From Nitrosospira multiformis ATCC 25196 (lineage in GTDB: Bacteria; Pseudomonadota; Gammaproteobacteria; Burkholderiales; Nitrosomonadaceae): DNA of 32,000 nucleotides. The DNA lies in NCBI RefSeq assembly GCF_000196355.1, contig NC_007614.1, forward strand, positions 330,001 to 362,000. Reading direction: 5' to 3'. A model generated the notes under the pieces. It did not search any database, was not told the origin of the DNA, and worked only from the letters and a program-made list of their open reading frames with translations. The position numbers and the translations under genes were made by a program. Below, piece after piece: positions 1-11,640 of the stretch (its first letter is position 1; every line of letters begins with the position of its first letter).

Positions 1-82
1 GATAGTCGAAATAGGCGATGAGGTGCTTGACGCCTCCGTGCGAGGAAAACTGGAAGCCATGGCTGTTGCACTTAAAAGCTAG
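1..82 (+). CDS. atpH: F1F0 ATP synthase subunit delta, C-terminal fragment (5' end outside window)
   Basis: The frame starting at nt 2 is open from the window edge to TAG at 80-82 (..IVEIGDEVLDASVRGKLEAMAVALKS*). This resembles a delta/OSCP C-terminus and lies directly upstream of atpA, as in atpIBEFHAGDC operons. Confidence 0.8.
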   Translation, partial: IVEIGDEVLDASVRGKLEAMAVALKS

Positions 83-97
83 GAGTTAACTGAAAAA

Positions 98-1639
98 ATG
101 CATTTAAATCCATCCGAGATCAGTGAACTGATCAAAAGCAGAATTGAAGGGCTTGAAGCAACCGCCGAAGTCCGGACACAAGGCACGGTGGTTTCCGTGA
201 CCGACGGCATCGTGCGCATCCATGGACTGTCTGATGTGATGCAGGGCGAAATGCTTGAGTTCCCGGGTAATACCTTCGGTCTTGCGCTCAATCTGGAGCG
301 CGATTCAGTGGGCGCGGTTGTTCTGGGTGAGTATGAGCACATTACCGAGGGCGATACCGTCAAGTGCACGGGCCGCATTCTGGAAGTTCCGGTAGGAGAG
401 GAACTGATCGGCCGTGTAGTCAACGCGCTGGGGCAGCCCATCGACGGCAAGGGGCCGATAACAACCAAGCACTCCGAGCCGATAGAAAAGATTGCACCGG
501 GCGTGGTGTGGCGTCAATCGGTGAATCAGCCGGTGCAGACCGGGCTGAAGGCGATCGACGCAATGGTTCCCATCGGGCGCGGCCAGCGTGAACTGATCAT
601 TGGAGATCGTCAAACGGGAAAAACGGCAGTAGCTGTGGATGCAATCATCAACCAGAAGGGTGAGAACATGATTTGCATCTACGTTGCGATCGGTCAGAAA
701 GCGTCGTCGATCAGTAACGTAGTGCGGAAGCTGGAAGAGCATGGGGCGATGGAATATACCATCGTCGTGGCTGCCACCGCTTCGGAGTCGGCCGCGATGC
801 AGTTTATCGCCCCTTATTCCGGTTGCACGATGGGCGAGTATTTCCGCGATACCGGCAGGGACGCGCTGATTGTTTATGACGATTTGACCAAGCAAGCATG
901 GGCTTATCGGCAGATTTCCCTGTTGTTGCGCCGCCCTCCTGGCCGGGAAGCCTATCCTGGAGATGTGTTTTATTTGCACTCGCGGCTGCTGGAACGCGCA
1001 GCGCGTGTCAGCGCGGCCTATGTGGAAAAAGAGACGAATGGCGCAGTCAAAGGCAAGACGGGTTCGCTGACAGCCTTGCCTGTGATCGAAACCCAGGCGG
1101 GTGACGTGACTGCATTCGTTCCCACCAACGTTATCTCCATTACTGATGGCCAGATTTTTCTGGAATCCGACCTGTTCAATGCAGGTATCCGGCCAGCTAT
1201 CAACGCCGGTATTTCAGTCTCTCGTGTAGGGGGCGCCGCGCAGACCAAAGTCATCAAGAAACTGGGTGGCGGCGTGCGTCTCGCATTGGCGCAATACCGG
1301 GAACTTGCCGCATTTGCCCAGTTCGCCTCCGACCTCGATGAAGCGACACGCAAGCAGCTTGAGCGCGGCAAGATGGTGACGGAACTGATGAAGCAGCCTC
1401 AGTACTCAACCCTGAGCGTATCCGAAATGGCGCTTACCCTGTTTGCCGTCAACAAAGGATACCTGGATGATGTGGAAGTAAGCCGCGCGTTGGCCTTTGA
1501 ATCTGCACTCAGAGGTTTCATTCGTAGCAAGTATGGGGCAATTCTGGACAAGATAGAGACCACCAAGGATCTGGATGCGGAAACCGAGAAGGAACTCGAT
1601 GCGGCAATCCAGGATTTCAAGAAAAACGGAACATACTGA
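98..1639 (+). CDS. atpA: F1F0 ATP synthase subunit alpha
   Basis: 513-aa ORF with Walker A GDRQTGKT and alpha-subunit sequence throughout ([18 protein letters not shown].., ..[32 protein letters not shown]..). Confidence 0.97.
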   Translation: MHLNPSEISELIKSRIEGLEATAEVRTQGTVVSVTDGIVRIHGLSDVMQGEMLEFPGNTFGLALNLERDSVGAVVLGEYEHITEGDTVKCTGRILEVPVGEELIGRVVNALGQPIDGKGPITTKHSEPIEKIAPGVVWRQSVNQPVQTGLKAIDAMVPIGRGQRELIIGDRQTGKTAVAVDAIINQKGENMICIYVAIGQKASSISNVVRKLEEHGAMEYTIVVAATASESAAMQFIAPYSGCTMGEYFRDTGRDALIVYDDLTKQAWAYRQISLLLRRPPGREAYPGDVFYLHSRLLERAARVSAAYVEKETNGAVKGKTGSLTALPVIETQAGDVTAFVPTNVISITDGQIFLESDLFNAGIRPAINAGISVSRVGGAAQTKVIKKLGGGVRLALAQYRELAAFAQFASDLDEATRKQLERGKMVTELMKQPQYSTLSVSEMALTLFAVNKGYLDDVEVSRALAFESALRGFIRSKYGAILDKIETTKDLDAETEKELDAAIQDFKKNGTY

Positions 1640-1642
1640 CCG

Positions 1643-2524
1643 ATGGCAGGCAGCAGGGAAATACGCAACAAGATCAAAAGCGTAAAGAACACGCAGAAGA
1701 TCACGCGCGCGATGGAAATGGTGGCTGCATCCAAGATGCGCCGGGCGCAGGAACGCATGAAAAAAGCCAGGCCATACGGCGAGAAGATTCGCAACGTCGC
1801 AGCCCACATGAGCCGTGCTTACACCGAATACCGCCATCCGTTCCTGATAGAACGCGATACGGTAAAGCGCATAGGCATCATTGTGGTTACCTCCGACAAG
1901 GGTTTGTGCGGTGGACTCAACACAAACGTGCTGCGCATGGCGGTAAGCAAAATGAAAGCCTGGGAAGCGGAAGGCGAACAGATCGAGGTATGCTGTATCG
2001 GCAACAAGGGATTGGGGTTCATGAACCGTATGGGCGCCAATGTCATCTCGCATGCCGTGAGTCTCGGGGATGCGCCGGATCTGGAGCGGTTGATCGGAGC
2101 AATAAAGATATTGCTGGATGGTTATAATCAGGATCGTTTCGACCGCGTATATCTTTTTTATACCCGCTTCATCAACACGATGAAACAGGAACCGGTGATG
2201 GAGCAATTGCTTCCGCTTTCCGATGAACGTCTCAGAGCCAGTGATAGACCGACCGGACAGCGTGGCGTGTGGGATTACATTTATGAACCCGAAGCCAAAC
2301 CCGTCATTGATGACATCATGGTGCGATACGTCGAGGCGCTGATTTACCAGGCATTGACGGAAAATATTGCGTCCGAGCAATCCGCGCGCATGGTGGCGAT
2401 GAAGGCCGCGTCGGACAATGCCGGCAACGTCATCAACGAACTGACGCTGATTTACAACAAATCGCGGCAGGCTGCCATTACCAAGGAGCTGTCCGAAATT
2501 GTCGGTGGCGCGGCGGCCGTTTGA
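1643..2524 (+). CDS. atpG: F1F0 ATP synthase subunit gamma
   Basis: 293-aa ORF starting 3 nt after the atpA stop. N-terminus [36 protein letters not shown] and C-terminus ..[19 protein letters not shown] are typical of gamma. Confidence 0.95.
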   Translation: MAGSREIRNKIKSVKNTQKITRAMEMVAASKMRRAQERMKKARPYGEKIRNVAAHMSRAYTEYRHPFLIERDTVKRIGIIVVTSDKGLCGGLNTNVLRMAVSKMKAWEAEGEQIEVCCIGNKGLGFMNRMGANVISHAVSLGDAPDLERLIGAIKILLDGYNQDRFDRVYLFYTRFINTMKQEPVMEQLLPLSDERLRASDRPTGQRGVWDYIYEPEAKPVIDDIMVRYVEALIYQALTENIASEQSARMVAMKAASDNAGNVINELTLIYNKSRQAAITKELSEIVGGAAAV

Positions 2525-2533
2525 ATAATTTGA

Positions 2534-3934
<1,401 letters not shown>

Positions 3935-3988
3935 TCGAGTTGATGAATCGGGTGGCTGGATAAAGCAGTCATCCCGATTCAATGATGA

Positions 3989-4420
3989 ATGGGAACTAAA
4001 ATGGGCGTGTTTCACGTTGATATCGTCAGCGCGGAGGAATCCATTTACTCCGGTCCGGCTGAATTTCTGGTTGCGCCCGCAGAAGGAGGTGAGGTGGGCA
4101 TATACCCACAGCACACTCCCATGCTGACGCGCATCAAACCTGGATCAGTACGCATCAAGGCACCGCTGAAAGAAGAGGAATTGGTCTATGTTTCCGGCGG
4201 TATGCTTGAAATCCAGCCAGATATCGTCACTATCCTTGCTGACACCGCGGTCCGAGGCGCCGACCTCGATGAAGCAAAGGCCATCGAGGCCAAGAAGCAT
4301 GCGGAAGAAGCGGTGAGGGATCGAGCGTCTACTCTGGATTACGCACGAGCGCAGGCAGAATTGAGTGAAGCGATTGCGCAATTGGCCGCTATTCAGAAAC
4401 TGCGGAAACGCGGCCACTGA
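3989..4420 (+). CDS. atpC: F1F0 ATP synthase subunit epsilon
   Basis: 143-aa ORF containing ..[16 protein letters not shown].. typical of epsilon; last gene of the operon. The start is ambiguous between ATG 3989 and ATG 4001 (MGVFHVDIV). Confidence 0.9.
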   Translation: MGTKMGVFHVDIVSAEESIYSGPAEFLVAPAEGGEVGIYPQHTPMLTRIKPGSVRIKAPLKEEELVYVSGGMLEIQPDIVTILADTAVRGADLDEAKAIEAKKHAEEAVRDRASTLDYARAQAELSEAIAQLAAIQKLRKRGH

Positions 4421-4431
4421 TACTCGAACTG

Positions 4432-4470
4432 GAATTGAAAAAGGGCGGTATTTCCGCCCTTTTTCAATTC
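4432..4470 (+). terminator. Rho-independent terminator of the atp operon
   Basis: Perfect 17-bp inverted repeat gaattgaaaaagggcgg / ccgccctttttcaattc with loop tattt. The GC core gggcgg/ccgccc is followed by a T-tract, beginning 11 nt after the atpC stop. The A-tract on the 5' side makes it potentially bidirectional. Confidence 0.85.
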
Positions 4471-4819
4471 TGCAAATCAATTCCTGAAGTCAAGCTGACG
4501 AGCAGTCAAAAGCTTACGCTCAATTGAACCGCCTGCCTGTAAAGACATCGGTATCACTGCTTCGAATTATAGCTGGGCTTGAGTATGTGGTCTCGTATCC
4601 CCCGTTCATTGCTGCGTTGCTGGAAGGTCCGAGCGGAAATACTTCAATCAGAGCCGCTTGACGGCACGGTTCCAATTTGACACTTCATTTGGATTTGTGC
4701 CCGCTATATGATAAATTAATCCGGTTTCCATTTGTAAATCCGCTTCAACCTCAACTTCCTGCAGTTGATCTACCTTTGCGGGTTGAATATTACACGTTCC
4801 CGCATGTCCTGATATTTTC

Positions 4820-6208
4820 ATGAATGTGTCCAAACTGAACATCGTCGTTCTTGCTGCCGGTCTCGGAAAACGCATGTACTCTGCGCTGCCGAAAGTGTTG
4901 CATCCCCTCGCAGGCAAGCCTCTCCTGGTGCACGTGCTCGATACCGCCCGCGCATTAGCGCCCCATACAACTTGTGTCATTTACGGGCATGGGGGGGAAA
5001 CAGTCCCGCAAACAATAGCGGATGAAAGCCTTATCTGGGTGCCACAGATCCCACAACTCGGAACGGGTCACGCAGTGATGCAGGCGCTGCCTCATATCGA
5101 GAAAGAGGGCATTACACTTATTCTGTATGGCGACGTGCCTCTGACCAGTGTCGAAACATTAAAAAAACTGATCGCGATGGCGGGAAAGCAAACATTAGGT
5201 TTGCTGACGGTAGAACTTCCTGATCCAGCGGGCTACGGTAGAATCGTTCGGCATAGCGAAACGGGTGAAGTCGCCGCTATTGTCGAGGAGAAAGACGCCA
5301 GTGAATCCCAGCGCAGCATCGGTGAAATCAATACGGGCATCATGGCGGTTCCGAATCGCTATCTTCACGGCTGGTTGTGCAAGCTTGAAAACAACAACGC
5401 GCAAGGTGAGTATTATCTGACGGATATTGTCGCGATGGCGGTAAAGGATGGGGTAAAGGTAGCAACAGCCAATCCCGCTTATGTATGGGAAACTACGGGA
5501 GTCAACAGCAAGGTTCAGCTCGCCGGACTGGAACGCATCTATCAGACAGCGCAGGCCAATAAATTGCTGGAGCAGGGCGTAGCGCTGGCTGATCCGGCGC
5601 GCATCGATATCCGCGGTAAACTTTCTTGCGGCAGAGATGTTATGATCGATATCAACTGCATATTTGAAGGGGACGTTCAACTGGATGATGGCGTAAAAGT
5701 GGGTGCTCACACCATACTGAAAGACGTGCGGGTAGCCGCGGATTCGGTCATCGCGCCATTCAGCCTGATAGAGGCTGCGGAAATTGGTCGAAATTGTCGT
5801 ATCGGTCCTTACGCCCGTATTCGGCCGGGCACGCGACTGGAGGATGAAGTGCACATCGGCAATTTCGTCGAAGTCAAGAACAGTGCCCTTGCGGCTGGCA
5901 GCAAGGCAAACCACCTGAGTTACATCGGAGATGCCGTGGTGGGCAGGAGTGTCAACATCGGCGCAGGCACGATTACCTGCAATTATGACGGCGCCAACAA
6001 ATACCAGACCATCATCGAGGATGATGTCTTTGTGGGCTCCGATACCCAGTTGATAGCACCGGTCAGAGTTGCCCGCGGTTCCACGATCGGTGCAGGTTCG
6101 ACCATTACCAGGGATACGCCACCTGATATGTTGACGCTTTCGCGAGCGAAGCAGTTGAGTATCGATGGTTGGAAACGCCCCGTAAAAAAACCGAAGCCCA
6201 AAAATTAA
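4820..6208 (+). CDS. glmU: Bifunctional UDP-N-acetylglucosamine pyrophosphorylase / glucosamine-1-phosphate N-acetyltransferase
   Basis: 462-aa ORF. The N-terminus NIVVLAAGLGKRM is the nucleotidyltransferase signature, and the C-terminal half is rich in left-handed beta-helix hexapeptide repeats (..IGNFVEVKNSALAAGSKANHLSYIGDAVVGRSVNIGAGTITCNYDG..). Confidence 0.95.
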   Translation: MNVSKLNIVVLAAGLGKRMYSALPKVLHPLAGKPLLVHVLDTARALAPHTTCVIYGHGGETVPQTIADESLIWVPQIPQLGTGHAVMQALPHIEKEGITLILYGDVPLTSVETLKKLIAMAGKQTLGLLTVELPDPAGYGRIVRHSETGEVAAIVEEKDASESQRSIGEINTGIMAVPNRYLHGWLCKLENNNAQGEYYLTDIVAMAVKDGVKVATANPAYVWETTGVNSKVQLAGLERIYQTAQANKLLEQGVALADPARIDIRGKLSCGRDVMIDINCIFEGDVQLDDGVKVGAHTILKDVRVAADSVIAPFSLIEAAEIGRNCRIGPYARIRPGTRLEDEVHIGNFVEVKNSALAAGSKANHLSYIGDAVVGRSVNIGAGTITCNYDGANKYQTIIEDDVFVGSDTQLIAPVRVARGSTIGAGSTITRDTPPDMLTLSRAKQLSIDGWKRPVKKPKPKN

Positions 6209-6278
6209 GCATAGCCTTCATCTTTTTCCATCCTTGAACCGCGCCAATTGCTGGTATCTGTAAGAAAGGAGTCTTTTG

Positions 6279-8126
6279 ATGTGTGGAATCGTCGGTGCAG
6301 TCGCAAAAACCAATATCGTCCCCACTCTGATTGAAGGCCTGCGCCGACTGGAATACCGCGGATATGATTCAGCCGGCATTGCCCTGAACAATGGTCGCCT
6401 GCATCGGTTGCGCACCACCGGTCGAGTCGCCGAACTCAGCAAACTTGCGGATGAGCAACACTTCACCGGGGACGTGGGTATTGCCCATACCCGCTGGGCT
6501 ACCCACGGCGCTCCATCCGAGCGCAATGCCCATCCTCATTTTTCCGGAGAGACCCCAAAAGTGGCGGTGGTGCATAACGGCATTATCGAAAATCATGAAG
6601 TGCTGCGGCAGCGTTTGCAGAAGACAGGGTTCGAATTCAGTTCCGAGACCGACACGGAAGTCATCGCTCATCTCATTTCGTCTCATCTCAGGGAAAACCC
6701 GGATTTATTCGAAGCGGTATGCCGTTCGGTGGGCGAATTGCGGGGCGCGTATGCAATTGCAGTAATGGAGGAAGCAAGGCCGGAGCGCCTCATCGTTTGC
6801 CGCAATGGAGCGCCACTGCTGCTTGGCTTGGGCGAAAACGGGATCTACGCTGCGTCGGATGCTTCCGCCTTGCTGCAGGTTACCCGGCGCATGATCTATC
6901 TGGAAGAGGGCGATGTCGCCGAATTGCGCCAGGACGGCTACCGCATCGTCAATTGCCGCTACGATGGCGCCCGCGCAGAAGTCGCACGTGCGGTACAGGA
7001 AAGTGAGCTGACAAACGAAGCGGTGGAGATGGGCCCTTATGCCCACTTCATGCAGAAGGAGATATTCGAGCAACCCGGCGTCGTGGCGAACACGCTGGAA
7101 ATGGTGCTCAATGCGCAATCCATCTCTCCGCGCCTGTTTGGCACCGAGGCGGAGAACATCTTCAAAAATACCAGAAGTATCCTCATCCTGGCGTGTGGCA
7201 CCAGCTATCACGCTGGCGTCGTCGCCCGCTACTGGCTCGAAACCGTGGCCGGAATTCCCTGCAATGTCGAGATCGCGAGCGAATATCGCTACCGTAATCC
7301 GGCGGTTGGAGCAGATACCCTGATCGTGGGCATCTCCCAATCGGGAGAAACAGCGGATACCCTGGCCGCCCTGAGTTATGCAAAATCACTCGGGCATCGT
7401 TACAGTCTGGGGATCTGCAATGTGGCTGAAAGCGCGCTCGTGCGCCAGACGGACTTACGCTTTCTCACCCGGGCTGGCCCGGAAATCGGTGTGGCCTCGA
7501 CCAAGGCGTTCACCACACAGCTTGCCGCGCTGATGCTGCTCACCATGACGCTGGCGAAATTGAACGGCAAACTGTCGGGTGAGAGTGAGCGCCAGATGAT
7601 TGCTGCGCTGCGCCACCTGCCCGTCGCGCTTCAGCACAGCCTGCAGGTGGAGCCGCAGGTGAAAGCCTGGGCGGAAAGATTTGCCGAGAAACGCCATGCC
7701 CTGTTTCTTGGCCGCGGCATGCACTATCCCATTGCGCTGGAGGGCGCGCTCAAGCTCAAGGAAATTTCCTATATCCATGCCGAAGCTTATGCTGCCGGGG
7801 AACTGAAGCACGGTCCGCTTGCGCTGGTGGATAAGGATATGCCCGTCGTCGCCATAGCTCCCAATGATGCACTGCTGGAAAAACTCAAGTCAAACCTGCA
7901 GGAAGTACGTGCCCGTGGGGGAGAGCTCTACGTTTTCGCCGATGCCGATTCCCACATCCAGGAAAGCGAAGGCGTACACATCATTCGTCTGGCGGAACAT
8001 GCGGGAATGCTCAGCCCCATCCTCCACACCATCCCCCTGCAGCTTCTCGCCTATCACGTCGCGCTGCAAAAAGGTACGGATGTGGATAAGCCGAGAAACC
8101 TGGCGAAATCAGTGACGGTGGAGTAA
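6279..8126 (+). CDS. glmS: Glutamine--fructose-6-phosphate aminotransferase
   Basis: The N-terminus MCGIVGA carries the Ntn catalytic Cys2. Two SIS domains follow, with the C-terminus ..[18 protein letters not shown] at 6266-6271 lies 7 nt before ATG 6279; the track ORF starts one codon earlier at TTG 6276. Confidence 0.96.
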   Translation: MCGIVGAVAKTNIVPTLIEGLRRLEYRGYDSAGIALNNGRLHRLRTTGRVAELSKLADEQHFTGDVGIAHTRWATHGAPSERNAHPHFSGETPKVAVVHNGIIENHEVLRQRLQKTGFEFSSETDTEVIAHLISSHLRENPDLFEAVCRSVGELRGAYAIAVMEEARPERLIVCRNGAPLLLGLGENGIYAASDASALLQVTRRMIYLEEGDVAELRQDGYRIVNCRYDGARAEVARAVQESELTNEAVEMGPYAHFMQKEIFEQPGVVANTLEMVLNAQSISPRLFGTEAENIFKNTRSILILACGTSYHAGVVARYWLETVAGIPCNVEIASEYRYRNPAVGADTLIVGISQSGETADTLAALSYAKSLGHRYSLGICNVAESALVRQTDLRFLTRAGPEIGVASTKAFTTQLAALMLLTMTLAKLNGKLSGESERQMIAALRHLPVALQHSLQVEPQVKAWAERFAEKRHALFLGRGMHYPIALEGALKLKEISYIHAEAYAAGELKHGPLALVDKDMPVVAIAPNDALLEKLKSNLQEVRARGGELYVFADADSHIQESEGVHIIRLAEHAGMLSPILHTIPLQLLAYHVALQKGTDVDKPRNLAKSVTVE

Positions 8127-8214
8127 GAAGTATCTATTGAACTGACTATTGGCTAAAGCCGGTTTTCAGCCATATAGTTGCAGTTGCATCCCGGCGGCAG
8201 TGCCCAGCGAACAC

Positions 8215-9198
8215 TCAGGTTGTTTCACCTGTTTGTTCCAGGAGGGTATAGAGATAGTGTACGGCCTCATCCCCGGTGTGGCTGTACCGAACCTTCGCGT
8301 CATAATACAGGGCTATAACAGCGGACACGCTGTCCTGATAGATTTCGAACCCATTCACATCTGCCTCGCGAAAGAAAAATCTTCCATCCATCGCGATGAC
8401 ATCTTCCGCCACGGAGCCGCGTTCTTCCGGATTATCTTTTTCAAATTCCTGCACGAGTTCGTTGTGCATTACAAAGTCGTCAGAAACGGTGAAACAACCG
8501 TTCTCCTCGATCCCATGGATCAGGCATGACAGCAGCAGGACAAGTCTCCTCCTGTCGAGTCCCGATACTTGCTCCCGGGCTTGCCGCCGCACATAATCAT
8601 CCGGGTATATCAAACGGTCCACCACCGCGTCGATCACCGCATCTTCCATGGCAAAAAAAGACCACGCATAGCGTGGAACAACAGTAACGATGGTGGTATC
8701 CGCCTTCAGCGCCTCGATAATCGATTCAATTTTTTCCTGCTGCTTTTCATCGTCGGTACAAAGCAGCAGGAAATACCTTTCCAGCAGTGCGTCGTAATCT
8801 TTCTGCAATTCGCGAATCTGGGCCCCTATTTTTGTTGCCTGATTATCACCCGCCGCCAATTCATCACTGGAGATCAGGCGCATCCCGATAAACCGGTCTG
8901 TACCTCCTGACAGAAATTCGCTCGAATATCTCATCGCGATGTCCGTTGCGCTCTCCCCTGCGCGCCAGAGGTACCAGGTCAGAGGAATATACTTGTCGAA
9001 GGAGGCGAAGATACGTTCGGCTTTGGCATGAAACCGGCCATATAGATCCTGGCAATTTACGTGACAGAAGCCTTGAGTATCCGCAGGCTGGGCCCGTGCA
9101 TGACTGACCAGTTCTGCAAGAATCGTTGCCGGCGTAACCTGATCCCTGATCTGCATTTTTTCCGCCCTCATAACCGTGAATAGGAATTGCCCGAGCAA
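8215..9198 (-). CDS. Hypothetical acidic cytoplasmic protein (no family recognised)
   Basis: 327-aa ORF, the only long ORF in an otherwise empty 1.2-kb interval. I see no TM segment, signal peptide or known motif. The start is uncertain: TTG 9198, ATG 9171, or ATG 9156 (GAGG 9 nt upstream). Confidence 0.6.
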   Translation of the reverse strand: MLGQFLFTVMRAEKMQIRDQVTPATILAELVSHARAQPADTQGFCHVNCQDLYGRFHAKAERIFASFDKYIPLTWYLWRAGESATDIAMRYSSEFLSGGTDRFIGMRLISSDELAAGDNQATKIGAQIRELQKDYDALLERYFLLLCTDDEKQQEKIESIIEALKADTTIVTVVPRYAWSFFAMEDAVIDAVVDRLIYPDDYVRRQAREQVSGLDRRRLVLLLSCLIHGIEENGCFTVSDDFVMHNELVQEFEKDNPEERGSVAEDVIAMDGRFFFREADVNGFEIYQDSVSAVIALYYDAKVRYSHTGDEAVHYLYTLLEQTGETT

Positions 9199-9230
9199 AA
9201 TACACGCTTACATACCATTCTGCCCATCTG

Positions 9231-9267
9231 AAGCGGAAAATTAAAGCGGAAAGTTCAAATCGGAAAC
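9231..9267. repeat. Three direct copies of AA(G/T)CGGAAA at 13-14 bp spacing
   Basis: aagcggaaaa (9231-9240), aagcggaaag (9244-9253) and aatcggaaac (9258-9267), in the 151-bp gap between the rlpA stop and the hypothetical gene start. Confidence 0.5.
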
Positions 9268-9349
9268 CCTTCTGCGGCTGCTGGATTGCCAAGCAACCGC
9301 CGGATGGGGAGCAGATTTGTGTGGCTTCGCGATGAAAAGGATGTGCGGC

Positions 9350-10534
9350 CTACCGCATCAGCAGCACCGGCTTGATTGACAGCGCTTCGGCGATTTTGTC
9401 CGCAGCCTTTCTGGCCAAGGCACGGTCAGGGTAAGGACCCGCATGGACCTTGAACAGGCCATCCTTTGCAACGATATCCAGGCTGGTCATCAGCGATGGT
9501 AATTCGTTTCTCATGCGGACGACAAAATTATCCGCATTGTCATACGCATTGAAGGCTCCCAATTGCAGGTAGATCCCCGCAGGAACGGCAGCAGGCGTTT
9601 CGGGAGATGAGACAGGAGCGCCTTCGCCGGCAAGGCTGGGGCCGGGGGGCGTATCAGCTACTGCGGGCGCAAAAGAAGCCTGGAACAGACCCGGCTGCGC
9701 TTCATTGGAGTCGGGATCGGTAGGGGGAGTGACCGTCACCGATTGGTCAGCTATGATTCCCTGCCCATTTAGATTGGTGGGAGAGCCGGGGAGAAACCTG
9801 GAGGGGCTGGATGTTGAACCTGGACGCTCGGCAGAGGCAGCTGCGGCAAGCTGCGTGAAACTACCCGTTCCGGGCACAATGGATTCCACTTCGACCAGAC
9901 CGCTGCCCCCACCCAGTACATCCAGTTTATATGCGGCGGTATAGGAAAGATCAATGAGGCGATTGGAGAGGAAAGGCCCCCTGTCATTGACACGCACCAC
10001 CACGGATTTTCCGCTCGTCACGCTTGTCACGCGTGCGTAGCTCGGAATGGGGAGGGTAGGGTGTGCAGCCGTCATGGCATACATATCGTAGACTTCCCCC
10101 GACGCGGTCTTCTGCCCGTGATAGCGGCGCCCATACCAGGATGCCATTCCCCGCGTTTTATAGCGCTCGTGACGCGTCATCGGTTTATACCGTTTTCCGA
10201 GAGCTGAATAAGGCCGCATGGTGGAGGCGCGCAAGGGTTCTTCCCGCGGCACGGCATCAGGGATCAGATGGAGATCGGCTGGCGGATTGTCGCCGGGACC
10301 ATCATCCAGGTAATAACCGCCTCCCTTTTTCTTGCCTCCGAACAGAGTGGAGACCGGTGAAGGCTTCACACTCTTTTCCTCGCTTTTCTCCAGCTTGAAA
10401 AAGGTGCCGCAGCCGGTGAGGAAAACCGGAATAGTCAGTGCAGCCATCCAGGCGGCGCATCGCCTGGCAACCGGCTGGCCTCTTGACTGCGCAGTTGACG
10501 GTATGAGGGACAGGCAGGCAGGGAGTTTATCCAT
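9350..10534 (-). CDS. rlpA: Septal ring lytic transglycosylase RlpA-family lipoprotein with C-terminal SPOR domain
   Basis: Lipobox ..IPVFLTGC; DPBB/RlpA core (ASWYGRRYHGQKTASGEVYDMYAMTAAHPTLPIPSYARVTSVTSGKSVVVRVNDRGPF); Pro/Ser-rich linker; SPOR-like end (GIYLQLGAFNAYDNADNFVVRM..). It follows rodA as in E. coli mrdAB-rlpA. The ORF opens at GTG 10543; ATG 10534 is the more likely start. Confidence 0.85.
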   Translation of the reverse strand: MDKLPACLSLIPSTAQSRGQPVARRCAAWMAALTIPVFLTGCGTFFKLEKSEEKSVKPSPVSTLFGGKKKGGGYYLDDGPGDNPPADLHLIPDAVPREEPLRASTMRPYSALGKRYKPMTRHERYKTRGMASWYGRRYHGQKTASGEVYDMYAMTAAHPTLPIPSYARVTSVTSGKSVVVRVNDRGPFLSNRLIDLSYTAAYKLDVLGGGSGLVEVESIVPGTGSFTQLAAAASAERPGSTSSPSRFLPGSPTNLNGQGIIADQSVTVTPPTDPDSNEAQPGLFQASFAPAVADTPPGPSLAGEGAPVSSPETPAAVPAGIYLQLGAFNAYDNADNFVVRMRNELPSLMTSLDIVAKDGLFKVHAGPYPDRALARKAADKIAEALSIKPVLLMR

Positions 10535-10539
10535 AAGTA

Positions 10540-11640
10540 TCACGTCTTAACAAGCTTCGGATGAGTCTGGATACTCATCAAAATACCAAATCCCAGCAAC
10601 ATTGTCACCATTGATGTGCCGCCATAGCTGATCAGGGGCAAAGGCACCCCTACCACGGGCAGAATGCCGATGACCATCCCGATGTTGACGAAGATGTAGG
10701 TGAAGAAAGTCAGTGTGATGGAAGCGGCGATGAGGCGGGTAAACTGGGTGGAAGCGTTGGCGGCAATCACCATCCCACGGGCGATGAGAGCCAGATACAA
10801 CAGCAGCAGCAGCAAATTGCCGAGCAGACCGAATTCTTCGGAGAATACCGCGAAGATGAAATCAGTGCTTCTCTCGGGGAGGAACGCAAGATGGGTTTGG
10901 GTGCCTTGCTGCCAGCCCTTGCCCAGCACCCCCCCGGAGCCGATGGCAATAGTGGATTGAATGGTATGGTAGCCGGCGCCAAGCGCGTCCTGCGTCGGGT
11001 CAAGAAGCGTCATGACGCGCTTGCGCTGATAATCATGCATCATGGACCAGAGCAGCGGAAGGCTTGCTCCCCCTGCAATCGCCACCGCCGCCATGATGCG
11101 CCAGGATAACCCGGAAAAGAACAGGACATAAAAACCGCTCGAGGCAATGAGCAGCGCGGTTCCAAGATCAGGCTGGCGCAGGATCAACAGTACCGGAGCC
11201 AGCAGCAGCAGGGTGGCCACACCGTAATCCCGCAGCCGCAAGGTTGTCTCGTGCTTGTCGAAGTACCAGGCCATCATCAGCGGTACGGCAATCTTCATCA
11301 GTTCGGAGGGCTGGATGCGGGTTACACCCAGGTTCAGCCAGCGCCTCGCGCCATTGTTGACCTCTCCGAACAGCGCGACGCAGAGCAGCAGGAAAAGGCC
11401 CGCCACGTATAACGGTAAGGCGATCCGCATGATATGCTCCAACGGAATGTTGGCGACCAGCCACATCACGCTGAGCGCGACCAGCATATTAATCGCCTGA
11501 CTCGTGACGCGCGCACTATTGGCATCCGTTGCGCTGAAAAGTGTGATAAGTCCCGTTGCCATGAGCAGGAGAATTCCACAAAGCAGAAGACCATCGATGT
11601 AGCGCGTAAAGTAGTGCCCTGCGTGTGGAAGTCTAGCCAT
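10540..11640 (-). CDS. rodA: Peptidoglycan glycosyltransferase RodA (SEDS family)
   Basis: Polytopic SEDS sequence (..GARRWLNLGVTRIQPSELMKIA.., ..PVVGVPLPLISYGGTSM..). The likely start ATG 11640 (MARLPHAGHYFTRYIDG) overlaps the mrdA stop by 8 nt; the track ORF extends to 11673. Confidence 0.93.
   Translation of the reverse strand: MARLPHAGHYFTRYIDGLLLCGILLLMATGLITLFSATDANSARVTSQAINMLVALSVMWLVANIPLEHIMRIALPLYVAGLFLLLCVALFGEVNNGARRWLNLGVTRIQPSELMKIAVPLMMAWYFDKHETTLRLRDYGVATLLLLAPVLLILRQPDLGTALLIASSGFYVLFFSGLSWRIMAAVAIAGGASLPLLWSMMHDYQRKRVMTLLDPTQDALGAGYHTIQSTIAIGSGGVLGKGWQQGTQTHLAFLPERSTDFIFAVFSEEFGLLGNLLLLLLYLALIARGMVIAANASTQFTRLIAASITLTFFTYIFVNIGMVIGILPVVGVPLPLISYGGTSMVTMLLGFGILMSIQTHPKLVKT

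Noticed and set aside
4471-4819. 349-bp spacer between the atp terminator and glmU, checked for an sRNA, a small ORF or a promoter
   Set aside because: The only listed ORF (4648..4980, minus) overlaps the glmU start and looks spurious. TTGACA (4677-4682) and TTGACG (4658-4663) have no properly spaced -10 element. I saw no convincing hairpin-terminator pair, so nothing here is supportable by eye.
6209-6278. Possible glmS ribozyme or leader upstream of glmS
   Set aside because: The intergenic region is only 70 nt and holds little beyond an AAGGAG SD. That is too short for the glmS ribozyme, which as I recall is well over 100 nt and is characteristic of Gram-positive bacteria.
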